Positions 1 to 8,701 of a stretch of 64,000 nucleotides of DNA are shown here, in pieces. Under the pieces are notes generated by a model. It saw only the letters and a program-made list of their open reading frames with translations, did not search any database and had not been told where the DNA came from. This DNA comes from a virus (lineage: Duplodnaviria > Heunggongvirae > Uroviricota > Caudoviricetes): the IMG/VR virus record IMGVR_UViG_3300022746_000001; one strand, given 5' to 3'. A program made the position numbers and the translations under genes. Within the stretch, counting starts at the first letter, position 1; every line of letters begins with the position of its first letter.

Positions 1-239
1 TTTTTGTCGGTGATGCGGCCCAGATTAACCACCGGAACTTCGTCGTACCCCAGTGCTTTTGCGGCATCCCAACGGTGTTCACCGCCGATGATTTCAAGGG
101 CGCCGTCCGACTTCTCACGCACGACGATGGGTTTGAACATGCCGAAGCGCTTGACGCTTTCTTCGAGCTTGGATTGGTTCTCTGGCGACACGATGTTGGT
201 GTTCCAGGGGTTTGGACGCAGAGAGGCTGGATTCAGCAT
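1..239 (-). CDS. ParB-like nuclease/NTPase N-terminal domain protein (partial, C-terminus off window)
   Basis: minus-strand translation from ATG at 239: MLNPASLRPNPWNTNIVSPENQSKLEESVKRFGMFKPIVVREKSDGALEIIGGEHRWDAAKALGY; GGEHRW is the ParB/sulfiredoxin motif; absent from ORF track because it runs off the window. Confidence 0.6.
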   Translation of the reverse strand, partial: MLNPASLRPNPWNTNIVSPENQSKLEESVKRFGMFKPIVVREKSDGALEIIGGEHRWDAAKALGYDEVPVVNLGRITDK

Positions 240-299
240 CTCCACTTTGATTTTGCTTGCTTTGTGGTCAGCCACGGGATATTGCCTTATGGGGTGTTA

Positions 300-326
300 A
301 GTCACGACTGACTGAACTATAATCCT
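300..326 (+). promoter_or_regulatory. palindromic motif AGTCAC-GAC-TGACT followed by TATAAT, between divergent ParB-like and helicase genes
   Basis: read directly; member of repeated motif family. Confidence 0.5.
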
Positions 327-365
327 TATACAAAGACTTTGCAAGCCTTACAGAAGAGAAATTGG

Positions 366-1901
366 ATGACACAATCAGTAACCATCGCCTACAACGCAAC
401 CATTGCCAAATTGCATGAACCGACAAGACAAGCAAAACTGGCTGTGCAGCGGCTTGTTTCCTATCGCGTCGAAGGCGCAGAACACACCGGCGCGTTCAAA
501 ACCGGCAACTGGGATGGTCGCTCATCCTTCTTTGACTTCCGAAGCGGCACCTTTCCTGCTGGCTTCGTGAACTTTGTCGCCGCGCACCTCACCCGCGCCG
601 GCTACACCGTTCATCGCGTTCGAAAGCCCCTGCCCTTGCCACAAGGCCCAGAGAACCCAAAGGTCGATGAGTTTCCCGAAGACCCTCGCTACGACTATCA
701 GATGGAGGTAGTCAATCGGCTCTGCAAGCACGGCTCCATGATTGCGCAAGTAGCGACAGGTGGCGGTAAGTCTCGTATCGCGCGCCTGGCGTTCATGCGA
801 ATCAATCGCCCCACTCTGTTTCTGACAACGCGCGGCATTCTGATGTACCAAATGAAGGACACGTTCGAGACAGACCTTGGCGTGGCTTGCTCGGTGCTTG
901 GCGACGGTCAGTTTGGGCATGTCGGCCCCGACGGACGCCAGTACATTAAGAAAATGTCGGTGGGCATGGTGCAGACGCTGGTGTCGCGCCTTCAAGAGCC
1001 AAACCCCGACGATCCTGTGGACGTGCAAAACCGTCAGACCGCCATTCGCAACCAAACCATCGAGCTGCTTGGCAAATTCGAGTTCGTTATCGGCGAAGAG
1101 GCTCACGAAGCGTCGGGCAACAGCTATTACGAGATTCTGCGCCACTGCAAGAACGCTCACTACCGCTTGGCGCTAACTGCCACACCGTTCATGAAGGACG
1201 ACGAAGAGTCCAACATGCGTCTGATGGCTGCGTTCGGCCCTATCGGTATCAAGGTCACGGAGAAGATGTTGATCGACCGTGGCATCTTGGCGCGACCCAT
1301 CTTCAAATACCTGCCTCTGACCGTCAAACCCAACCACCTCATGCGCGGCGCCGGATGGCAAGCGGCGTACCGCCTTGGTATCGTTCAGAACGAGCAGCGT
1401 AACGGCATGATTATTGAAGAAGCCGCCCGCGCCGCGCGTTATGGCTTATCGACAATGATTCTCATCCAGCAAAAGAAGCATGGAGCGATTCTTGAGCAGG
1501 CGCTGAACGCGCGTGGTGTCAAAGCTCGGTTCATTGACGGTGACAGCGACCAAACAGAACGCAAACACGCGCTCAAGCAGCTCGCCAATCGTGAAATTGA
1601 TGTGCTGATAGGTTCGACAATTCTTGACGTTGGTGTAGACGTTCCTGCGGTCGGTATGGTGATCTTGGCCGGCGGCGGCAAAGCAGAGGTTGCCCTGCGT
1701 CAGCGTATCGGTCGCGGTCTGCGCGCCAAGAAGAAAGGCCCGAACATCGCCTTGATTGTGGACTTTGCCGATGACTTCAACATGCACCTGAAGTCTCATG
1801 CGCAGCAGCGCCACCAGATCGTGAAGGACACCGAGGGTTTCGGCGAGAATATCTTGAAGGCTGGCGCAGACTTTGACTACAAGGCTTTGGGGTTGATTTA
1901 A
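366..1901 (+). CDS. superfamily 2 DEAD/DEAH-type helicase
   Basis: VATGGGKS (Walker A), GEEAHEA (motif II), LTATPF (III), QRIGRGLR (VI); start moved to ATG 366 (track ORF begins at a TTG at 339). Confidence 0.8.
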   Translation: MTQSVTIAYNATIAKLHEPTRQAKLAVQRLVSYRVEGAEHTGAFKTGNWDGRSSFFDFRSGTFPAGFVNFVAAHLTRAGYTVHRVRKPLPLPQGPENPKVDEFPEDPRYDYQMEVVNRLCKHGSMIAQVATGGGKSRIARLAFMRINRPTLFLTTRGILMYQMKDTFETDLGVACSVLGDGQFGHVGPDGRQYIKKMSVGMVQTLVSRLQEPNPDDPVDVQNRQTAIRNQTIELLGKFEFVIGEEAHEASGNSYYEILRHCKNAHYRLALTATPFMKDDEESNMRLMAAFGPIGIKVTEKMLIDRGILARPIFKYLPLTVKPNHLMRGAGWQAAYRLGIVQNEQRNGMIIEEAARAARYGLSTMILIQQKKHGAILEQALNARGVKARFIDGDSDQTERKHALKQLANREIDVLIGSTILDVGVDVPAVGMVILAGGGKAEVALRQRIGRGLRAKKKGPNIALIVDFADDFNMHLKSHAQQRHQIVKDTEGFGENILKAGADFDYKALGLI

Positions 1902-2152
1902 TGTTGCAAAAACTGTGGCATGCCTTAGAATGTAAGTCATCAAAGACTTACTCCAAAGGTTCACACATGGGATATGCAATCGCTCTCAACCTTCTCATCA
2001 TCGCCTTCTTGAGTGGAGCGCTCTACCTCACAAGCAATCCGCTGGTGCTGTTCGGTCTGCTGCTCCTGAAAGAACTCCCTTATGGCTTGCTCGTACCGGA
2101 AGATGACGAGGAAGAAGGTAAACCTATGGGTTTCGTACACCCAGAAAAGTAA
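1901..2152 (+). CDS. small membrane protein (possible true start 1967)
   Basis: TAATG overlap with helicase stop; hydrophobic core AIALNLLIIAFLSGALYLTSNPLVLFGLLLL; acidic C-terminus. Confidence 0.4.
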   Translation: MLQKLWHALECKSSKTYSKGSHMGYAIALNLLIIAFLSGALYLTSNPLVLFGLLLLKELPYGLLVPEDDEEEGKPMGFVHPEK

Positions 2153-2261
2153 TACCTTTGAGTTGCAATCAAAACAAGTGCAACAAAAATCGTGCCAATT
2201 CTCAGAAAATAAGCGCGACGACCGTATAATCAAGCTCAGGATCATTTCTGAATACCTCCAT

Positions 2262-2288
2262 GCCCCGACACTCGGGGCTTTTTTTTGA
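2262..2288 (+). terminator. rho-independent terminator
   Basis: GCCCCGA-CACT-CGGGGC followed by T8. Confidence 0.7.
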
Positions 2289-2367
2289 ACTTTTTTGTTT
2301 GTATAAGGTTTGCGACAGTACAATACAACCATTCGCAATCATTTTGAAATTTTCACTGGAGAAAACC

Positions 2368-2646
2368 ATGCAAGAAGCTGAAGAAAAAGGCAAGCGCTAC
2401 GCTATCGTCGTCGAACAATCGGTACAGAACAAGCTGGCCGAGCTTGCCAAGCAGCACAAAATCTCTCAAGGCGCTGTTGTCGAAGAGTTGATGGGCTTGG
2501 TCAACACCGACGCACTGGCAAAAGCACTCGTTGCGCGCCGCGAACACAAGGTCTCAAACCGCAGCGGCAAGAGCGCAATCTTGAAGAAGCTCTCCAAGCT
2601 CAGTCCTGAGCAATTGGAAGCGCTGGCAGCTCAAATGAAGGTCTGA
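2368..2646 (+). CDS. ribbon-helix-helix-like DNA-binding protein (putative regulator)
   Basis: GGAGAAAACC RBS before ATG 2368; N-terminal beta strand KRYAIVVEQSV then helices, RHH-like. Confidence 0.5.
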   Translation: MQEAEEKGKRYAIVVEQSVQNKLAELAKQHKISQGAVVEELMGLVNTDALAKALVARREHKVSNRSGKSAILKKLSKLSPEQLEALAAQMKV

Positions 2647-2647
2647 C

Positions 2648-2812
2648 GTGACCTTAGAGACGTATGCGGGTGGGCCAGACGATCTGCCTACCTGCCCCAT
2701 CGACGGATGGCGGACTCAGACCATCGAGACCGACAAAGATGACGTGAACATCACGATCGAACTCTGTCCTCACTGTGGCAAGAAGTTTCGCTACATAGCG
2801 GAGGAAGAATGA
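2648..2812 (+). CDS. small zinc-ribbon protein (54 aa)
   Basis: GTG start 2 nt after upstream stop, ATGA overlap with next gene; CP...CPHCGKKF; below track size cutoff. Confidence 0.35.
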   Translation: MTLETYAGGPDDLPTCPIDGWRTQTIETDKDDVNITIELCPHCGKKFRYIAEEE

Positions 2813-3108
2813 ACACCCAAGACCAACCTAGCGCCCCCTCTTTTGAGTTTACGGGCGTTGCCAAGCGCAAGCTCGACGGCTTGCTGTCTGAAGGCTATGA
2901 GCTGAACGGCTACTGCTTTCAACAAACCTTAGAAGACGGAACCGTCAAGCGCGGAGCAATCACCGAGGGCGGAATGGTTCTTTGGTGGCACTCTGACCAC
3001 CCGCCTGTCAAGATTCCGTCTCGCATGACAGAAGACCCCTGCCCTGGCTGTCGCCCAGGCGTTGTCTGTCGCACCCCTCGCTGCGGACGACTCAAAACCC
3101 GCACCTAA
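2809..3108 (+). CDS. hypothetical Cys-rich protein
   Basis: ORF track; CPGCRPGVVCRTPRCG motif. Confidence 0.45.
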   Translation: MNTQDQPSAPSFEFTGVAKRKLDGLLSEGYELNGYCFQQTLEDGTVKRGAITEGGMVLWWHSDHPPVKIPSRMTEDPCPGCRPGVVCRTPRCGRLKTRT

Positions 3109-3126
3109 CACCCTCATAGCAGTGCC

Positions 3127-3369
3127 ATGACTGAAGCAGAAGACTGGGGCGAACTGTCCGAAGACGACATTCTGGAGCTTGTCGCGCCTACGCCCATACT
3201 GGTCGAACCCACAATTAACTACATCTGGGTGGCGCTCTACATAACGGAAGGTTGCAGCCTGCCCATGACCATGACTGGCTGCGACCGCAAACAAGTCATA
3301 AGTTGGGTGCGCGGCAGCTCCGCACTCGACCGAACCAAGCCAATTAAGCTGTACCGATTGGAATACTGA
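3127..3369 (+). CDS. hypothetical protein
   Basis: ORF track; same-strand operon context. Confidence 0.4.
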   Translation: MTEAEDWGELSEDDILELVAPTPILVEPTINYIWVALYITEGCSLPMTMTGCDRKQVISWVRGSSALDRTKPIKLYRLEY

Positions 3370-3578
3370 TGCCTGAACAACCACGCTATTGCTGCCACAA
3401 GTGTTTTCACAAAACAGGTGGCTTTCTTGACCGTATGCTGCTGTGCCCCGAGTGTGGCAACAAGCGCTGCCCCAAAGCGACCGATCACGATCTAGCCTGC
3501 ACGGACTCAAACGAGCCAGACCAGCCAGGCTCAATCTATGGTGGACGCCCCGTCGAGGGAGCAACCTCAGATGACTAA
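3369..3578 (+). CDS. hypothetical zinc-finger protein
   Basis: TGATG overlap with upstream; CCHKC...CPECGNKRC. Confidence 0.45.
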   Translation: MPEQPRYCCHKCFHKTGGFLDRMLLCPECGNKRCPKATDHDLACTDSNEPDQPGSIYGGRPVEGATSDD

Positions 3579-4053
3579 GAAGATCATCCTCAACGCCGCA
3601 GGCAAGGTCGAGCTAACCGTATGGCACAGCGGTTCAAACGTGTTCATCCAGCAGCCAGGCGCGGGACAGTCCTCGATGGACGTGCTGCTGCTGCCAGAAC
3701 TCATCAAGCAGCTTCAGAAAATCCAAAAAGAGACCATGCCGCTCCCACCCAGGAAGAACGACTGGAAAGAACTCGAAAAGACCTTCATGGACACCCAAGC
3801 GAGACTTCTGCAATGGGGACTGCAAGAGATACGGCTGCGAAGACAAGACCTGTCAAACCGAACAGAAGGCGGTCTGAAGATCGCGAAGCTGGCTGCAAAA
3901 TCACGACGCGAAGCCGCCGGCCTGACCGAAGCGGAAGCTGTGCTGTGGATGAAAGCTGCCCGTAAAGAGCTGGCAGACAGTCTCGTCAAAGAAGATGAGG
4001 CCCAAGCCACGATCAGCAGAGACGTTCCAGCCACAGACGAGGTGACATGGTGA
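3571..4053 (+). CDS. hypothetical protein
   Basis: GAGGGAG RBS before ATG 3571; ends ...DEVTW. Confidence 0.5.
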   Translation: MTKKIILNAAGKVELTVWHSGSNVFIQQPGAGQSSMDVLLLPELIKQLQKIQKETMPLPPRKNDWKELEKTFMDTQARLLQWGLQEIRLRRQDLSNRTEGGLKIAKLAAKSRREAAGLTEAEAVLWMKAARKELADSLVKEDEAQATISRDVPATDEVTW

Positions 4054-4211
4054 GCGACGCATGGAAACTCGGCAACCAAGCCGCATGGAGCTGGTGGGGA
4101 ACGCCACAACCACAAAACCCATTCACGGAAGGAACGCAAGAAGCAATCGACTGGGAAAAGGGTTTCGATATTGGCTGTGAAGACTATACGAACTGGTGGG
4201 AAAGCGAATGA
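4047..4211 (+). CDS. small Trp-rich protein (54 aa)
   Basis: ATGGTGA overlap with upstream stop; MVSDAWKLGNQAAWSWWG...NWWESE; below track cutoff. Confidence 0.35.
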   Translation: MVSDAWKLGNQAAWSWWGTPQPQNPFTEGTQEAIDWEKGFDIGCEDYTNWWESE

Positions 4212-4579
4212 GGGTTCTTGTCTGTGGCGGTCGCGATTACAGAGATTCTGCTTTCGTTAGTTTCGTTCTGGGCGTAATTCACGCAAAAAAATCAATCAAG
4301 CTGGTCATCCACGGTTGCGCACAAGGGGCAGACACCTTCGCAGAGCAATGGGCGTCTCAAATGAGCGATACGACAGCTTACGGTGTACCCGCAGACTGGA
4401 AGAAGCACGGTACGAGAGCTGGTCCCATCAGAAACAGGCTCATGCTGGAATTGGGCAAGCCAGATTTGGTCATTGCGTTCGAAGGCGGAGCTGGCACAAG
4501 GGACATGACGACTGCGGCGACAGCCGCTGGAGTGAAAGTCCTGTTTGCCGAGAAATTGCGACCACATTTCGAATCTTGA
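4208..4579 (+). CDS. DUF2493/SLOG-family Rossmann-fold protein (DprA/LOG-like)
   Basis: VLVCGGRDYRD...VIHGCAQGADTFAEQWA...GPIRNRLMLE...DLVIAFEGGAGTRDM matches SLOG/DUF2493 pattern. Confidence 0.6.
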   Translation: MRVLVCGGRDYRDSAFVSFVLGVIHAKKSIKLVIHGCAQGADTFAEQWASQMSDTTAYGVPADWKKHGTRAGPIRNRLMLELGKPDLVIAFEGGAGTRDMTTAATAAGVKVLFAEKLRPHFES

Positions 4580-4996
4580 GCCACTCAGCTCGAAATTTTT
4601 TGCTTGTATAAGGATAGACAATGTCCCCATCGGGTCATTTTTCTGTCGATCATGGGGATTTTGGTCAAAAATGTCCTCATCGGGGCATTTTCCATTGGGT
4701 CTTACGGATTCGGAGCCGGCTGTATAAGGACGTGAACTTAGGGTCTGCCTGGCTGTATAAGGGGCGCTAGGGGAGGTGGAAAACGAGGAAGGGGTCGCCT
4801 CCAAACCGAAGCACTTTTTCTAGGACTTCGGTATTATTTCTCCAATGTTTACTTTACGGTAAGCGCGTCATGCACTAACCACAAACAATAAACAAAACCT
4901 ATTGCAACCGCTGCACAATCAATTAAATCAATCATTGTTTAAACCTTGTTTGTTTGGTAAGTGGTGCAAGCTGTAACGCTTGCACCGTGTCACTCA

Positions 4997-5665
4997 TTAA
5001 GCATAGAACGCGATAACCGCGCGCGCTGCGTCATTCTCTCGCATTGTGATTGCATCATTGTTTTTTTGCTTGATAACGTTCGCAAGGTTCAACGCTTTGA
5101 GCATCATACGTGTGCTGCTTGCTTGAGTGCTTGCAGTTGATTCGCTGCAATTGTGCAAGCGTTTGAGCGTTTGCACTTGCTCTGTCTCGCTGTATTCGAT
5201 TGATTTACAAATGCTCATGCGTGATTCTTTGTTATTGATTGTTTGCAGCTTAACCAGATTAAACAAAATCGAGTTAGTGTAACCATCAAAACCAGAACGC
5301 GCATTGTTTGCAATTGCGTAAAGCGCTTTGCGTACTTTTTGCAGTGCATACACTGCGAGAAAATCATTTTTTGATTCTGTCTTCAATACTGCTATTTGAC
5401 GCGCAAGCGCTTGCAAATCAATTTTGAGCGCTTCGCACTTGCTCAGAATTACCGCTGCGTTTGCATCGTCAAAAAAACGATATTCTGCTGTGAGCGTGTC
5501 ACGCTGGTTATCATTGTCTGCGTTTTCAATTCTGCGTTTGATAGCTGCTAAAATTGCGGTTTGTGCTGCTGCTGCTGTGTCTGCTGCTGCTGTAGTTGCA
5601 ACCTTGCTTTGCTTTGCTTTTTTAGCTGCTGTAGTTGCTGCTGTGTTTGCGTTTGCTTTGCTCAT
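4997..5665 (-). CDS. hypothetical protein with Ala/Lys/Thr-rich histone-H1-like N-terminus
   Basis: AAAGGTGAAAAC RBS before ATG 5665; low-GC codon usage unlike neighbours. Confidence 0.5.
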   Translation of the reverse strand: MSKANANTAATTAAKKAKQSKVATTAAADTAAAAQTAILAAIKRRIENADNDNQRDTLTAEYRFFDDANAAVILSKCEALKIDLQALARQIAVLKTESKNDFLAVYALQKVRKALYAIANNARSGFDGYTNSILFNLVKLQTINNKESRMSICKSIEYSETEQVQTLKRLHNCSESTASTQASSTRMMLKALNLANVIKQKNNDAITMRENDAARAVIAFYA

Positions 5666-5859
5666 GTTTTCACCTTTAAAAGTTTGGTTTTTGAAACTCA
5701 ATCAAAATCAATTGAGTGAACGTAGTATAAACCAAAAAACAATCAAAAACCACGCAAGCACAAAAAAAAGTTGATTGTTTTTTTAAATCGCCATCATAGC
5801 TAAAAACAATCACACAAAATGCTTGTTTTGTGGTATACGTGAAAAACAATCAAGTCTCC

Positions 5860-6200
5860 TATAAGACAGGAGACAACTCTCCTAGGAGACAGGACATGGG
5901 TCTCCTATAAGACATAAGACAGGAGACAGGATGCGGACGATTCTCATTTAGGCGCCGATGCGGATGATCCGCATTTGCGATGCCGACTCCAGCTCCGACC
6001 CACGCACTGCCCTCTAACCTCCTAGGCAGCCCCAACCAGAGTCCATGCCGTACTCCATGCTCCTAGGCAAGTCCAACCAAAGCCCCTGCCGTACCCAATG
6101 GCGATGAGTACCAGTGTCCTACCCGTACCCAACCAGTGTTCGACCCGTTCCTAGGCGTCATCACGCTGCATAAAAGGGTGTGAAATCCATTCACACCCCC
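5860..6200. repeat. repeat-dense non-coding block: TCTCCT...AGGAGA palindromes, ATGCGGA-TG-ATCCGCAT palindrome, 33-bp imperfect direct repeats starting CCTAGGCA, CTGCCGTACCCAATGG copies
   Basis: read directly. Confidence 0.7.
6165..6198 (-). terminator. rho-independent terminator
   Basis: GGGTGTGAA-ATCCA-TTCACACCC then TTTTAT on minus strand. Confidence 0.5.
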
Positions 6201-6211
6201 TGCTCTATCCG

Positions 6212-6388
6212 TTAACGCTCGTCGTACAGGCGAGGTGTTCGGCGTACCGAGTGACCCTGACGCAGCATCTCTAGCTCCACGTCTTCTTGCATTTGGTCGT
6301 AGAAGTCTTCCTGGTCGTCGAATCGCTCGACAAATTGGAAGGTGTTGTTCTCTGTTGGCACAGGGTTAGTTTGAGCAATGCGTGACAT
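6212..6388 (-). CDS. small acidic protein (58 aa)
   Basis: AGGAG RBS 7 nt before ATG; MSRIAQTNPVPTENNTFQFVERFDDQEDFYDQMQEDVELEMLRQGHSVRRTPRLYDER; followed by hairpin terminator; below track cutoff. Confidence 0.45.
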   Translation of the reverse strand: MSRIAQTNPVPTENNTFQFVERFDDQEDFYDQMQEDVELEMLRQGHSVRRTPRLYDER

Positions 6389-6406
6389 GAGGTACTCCTG
6401 AAGCGG

Positions 6407-6661
6407 TTATTGCTTTGCGCTTGGTGTGGGGTACTGCATGCCGAACTCATCGGTTCGCTCGTCGTCTAGATCGCTATGCCCAAGAACATGCAAGCAATTG
6501 AGAATGGACGACATAGTGAATCCACCAGCGACATACAGACCGAACAACCACAGAGCGCCACCTCCATGTTGTTCAATTGCTTTGATGCAGGCGTATGCGA
6601 TTGCGGAACAGACCGTGATGGTCATTAAGGTGAGAACATAAACAGTTTGGCGATTGTTCAT
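6407..6661 (-). CDS. small membrane protein (2 TM)
   Basis: ORF track; hydrophobic segments. Confidence 0.5.
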   Translation of the reverse strand: MNNRQTVYVLTLMTITVCSAIAYACIKAIEQHGGGALWLFGLYVAGGFTMSSILNCLHVLGHSDLDDERTDEFGMQYPTPSAKQ

Positions 6662-6868
6662 GATTGTCTTTCATTTGTTGCACTCAAAATCGAGTAAATG
6701 AATTACATCATATAAAACAATCAAAAACCGCATGCCTAGATGATTGCCTGAAAGATCGCCTGCACTGGCCTAGGCGTCTTTTGGCCTACAGGTCAATGCT
6801 TACGGCCTAGGGGAATGTGTGGCCTGTGGCCTGAGAACCGAGCCTATCACTCGCTCGGTTTCTGTGGC

Positions 6869-7087
6869 CTACTCGTCGTCGAGATTCACGTAGTCAGGGG
6901 CATCCTGACGCTCAACCACGCGAATCGTCACACCTTCACAGACCGTTTCCAAGACGCTCTTGGTCGTTCTAACCAGCGCATCGAACGCTTCCTGCTCTAT
7001 GCGCTCGTCACGATTGTTCAAGGTCGCAAGCACTTGGAAGTCACCATCATCGCGGTCAAAGCCTATTGAAACGACTTCATGTGTCAT
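6869..7087 (-). CDS. hypothetical protein
   Basis: GGAG RBS, ATGA overlap with upstream gene. Confidence 0.5.
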   Translation of the reverse strand: MTHEVVSIGFDRDDGDFQVLATLNNRDERIEQEAFDALVRTTKSVLETVCEGVTIRVVERQDAPDYVNLDDE

Positions 7088-7335
7088 TGCGCACTCCAGT
7101 TCTTTTGATGCTCTTCCAACTTGATGGTCAGCGCGTAGATTGCTTCAAGCATTAGGGGAACAATATCAGCGCTTGCTTTCTTCGCTTTTTCCAAGCACTC
7201 AATTGCGTAATTAGGTGTGAAGAAGTAGATGGAGGATTCGTCAGCGTGATGCGAATCTTCGCCAAAACAATTGATAACCACACACAGGAGGTCTGCTTCG
7301 TCGTCGGTAAGGTTGCACTTGTCCAAGATGTTCAT
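7084..7335 (-). CDS. hypothetical protein
   Basis: ORF track; preceded by ACTCgattttGAGT palindrome element. Confidence 0.5.
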   Translation of the reverse strand: MNILDKCNLTDDEADLLCVVINCFGEDSHHADESSIYFFTPNYAIECLEKAKKASADIVPLMLEAIYALTIKLEEHQKNWSAQ

Positions 7336-7389
7336 GATGGTTTTGCGTTGTCACTCAAAATCGAGTGATTGAACTATAAGCGCAAAAAT

Positions 7390-8640
7390 CACTGCCTAAT
7401 CATGCTCGGTTCAATTCCCCTATAAGGTGTCCAATTCATGCTTTTCTCCTAGGGAGTTTCTTTTTAGGGGCAAACCTTATAGGGCAATGCCTAGGCAAAC
7501 TTATAGGAGTAGGCAAGCGAGCCTAGGCGAGCTTATACATTGGCAGAGCTTCCTAGAGTCTCCAATTGGCATTACCAGTGCCGCAGCCGTACCCAGTGGA
7601 TGAAAAGCCATCAAGGACATACCAGTCAGACAGCCGTACCCAATGGGTCAGTCCCTAGGGGTTTTGGATGCTTCGGACGCCGCGACTGGTCACGCTTTCT
7701 AGGCTTGGTCTCCTGTCTGCGAGTAGGCATGACGCCGATCCTGGGCTTTTGCCTAGGGACTTTGATGATGATCGTTTCTTTGGACATGCTCGAATTGTAG
7801 GGCGAAATTTCTTGTATAAGATTCGCCGCCGACTGCGTTAAATGATGAAGGGAATACTTCCCCCCAAACCTTATACATCTTTCCTAATTTTTCTTTTCCT
7901 ACTCTCTATCTACATACCTATACCTGAAGTTCTTCTTCCTAGCTTTTTATCATTCATTCTTCTATTCATCCTATGATTCATCCGTATGGTAGTTGTGGTC
8001 GTAGTCCTAGTCTTTATGCGGGTTCTTCGTTTCCGTGTCCGTCGTTTTGCTATTCATCTATCTATTCATCCTCTTAGCTGTTCCGATGTAGTTTGTGGTT
8101 GATTTTGTGCCTGTTCTTTTCTTAGCTGTTGTCGGTTCGGTTTGCTTTGGATTGTTTGTTCTTAGTTGTTTTGGGTGCCGAGTGTGTAAAGTTTGGGAAA
8201 GTTCTTCTTTACGTTTCTTGGGTTCTTTTTGGGGATGTGGGCAATTTCGGTCTGGCGTATATTTATATTTATTGCTTTTAAGGCTTATAGATTAAATGTC
8301 GCGGGATGGAAGAAAGCCTGACTCTGGCCTACGGGAGTTTGCTTACACTTTTCGGCCTCTGATTGTTCTCGGCCTCGTGTTTGATGCTTACGTGTTTTGG
8401 ACGGTCTCTTTAAACGACTTTTGAGCGCTTTTCCTGTGCTTGCTTAGTCGGTGGTATCAATGCTTGTTTGGCAGCGTTTTTGAGGTCGTTTTGAGTGCTT
8501 GGCCTATGGTCGTTTTTGCTTGCGTTTGTTTACATCAAAAAAGCTCAATTCCTGACAACTCAGGTGTCAGTTAGTGGTTGATGGGTCTTCCTCAAAAGTG
8601 GCGTTTTCCTGTTTAAAATCAATGACTTACGCCAAGGGGA
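7390..8640. repeat. non-coding region with CTTATA(G/C) iterons (7400-7860), CCTAGG-rich repeats, then T/G-rich direct repeats (7860-8640)
   Basis: read directly; no convincing ORFs. Confidence 0.65.
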
Positions 8641-8646
8641 CGAATT

Positions 8647-8682
8647 GTATACAAATAACCCCTAACTCGTAGGGGTTATTGA
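8647..8682. terminator. bidirectional hairpin terminator
   Basis: AACCCCTA-ACTCG-TAGGGGTT then TTTTT on plus; ATTTGTAT on minus. Confidence 0.5.
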
Positions 8683-8701
8683 GTGTTTTTGTACTCGATT
8701 T

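Noticed and set aside
522-1979. Minus-strand ORFs of 60-212 aa (522-1160, 1173-1361, 1446-1979) inside the helicase gene
   Set aside because: Antisense to a well-supported helicase ORF with clear motifs; no RBS; typical high-GC shadow ORFs.
4963-4986. Hairpin GGTGCAAGC-TGTAAC-GCTTGCACC as terminator of gene 4997-5665
   Set aside because: No U-tract on either strand; kept only as a structured element.
5860-6200. Possible CRISPR array suggested by repeated TCTCCT...AGGAGA and the 33-bp CCTAGGCA repeats
   Set aside because: Repeats are imperfect, of different types, irregularly spaced, partly palindromic, and lack uniform spacer lengths.
7540-8295. Plus-strand ORFs 7540-7800 and 8095-8295 inside the repeat region
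   Set aside because: They lie in repetitive iteron sequence with no RBS and skewed composition; more likely non-coding.
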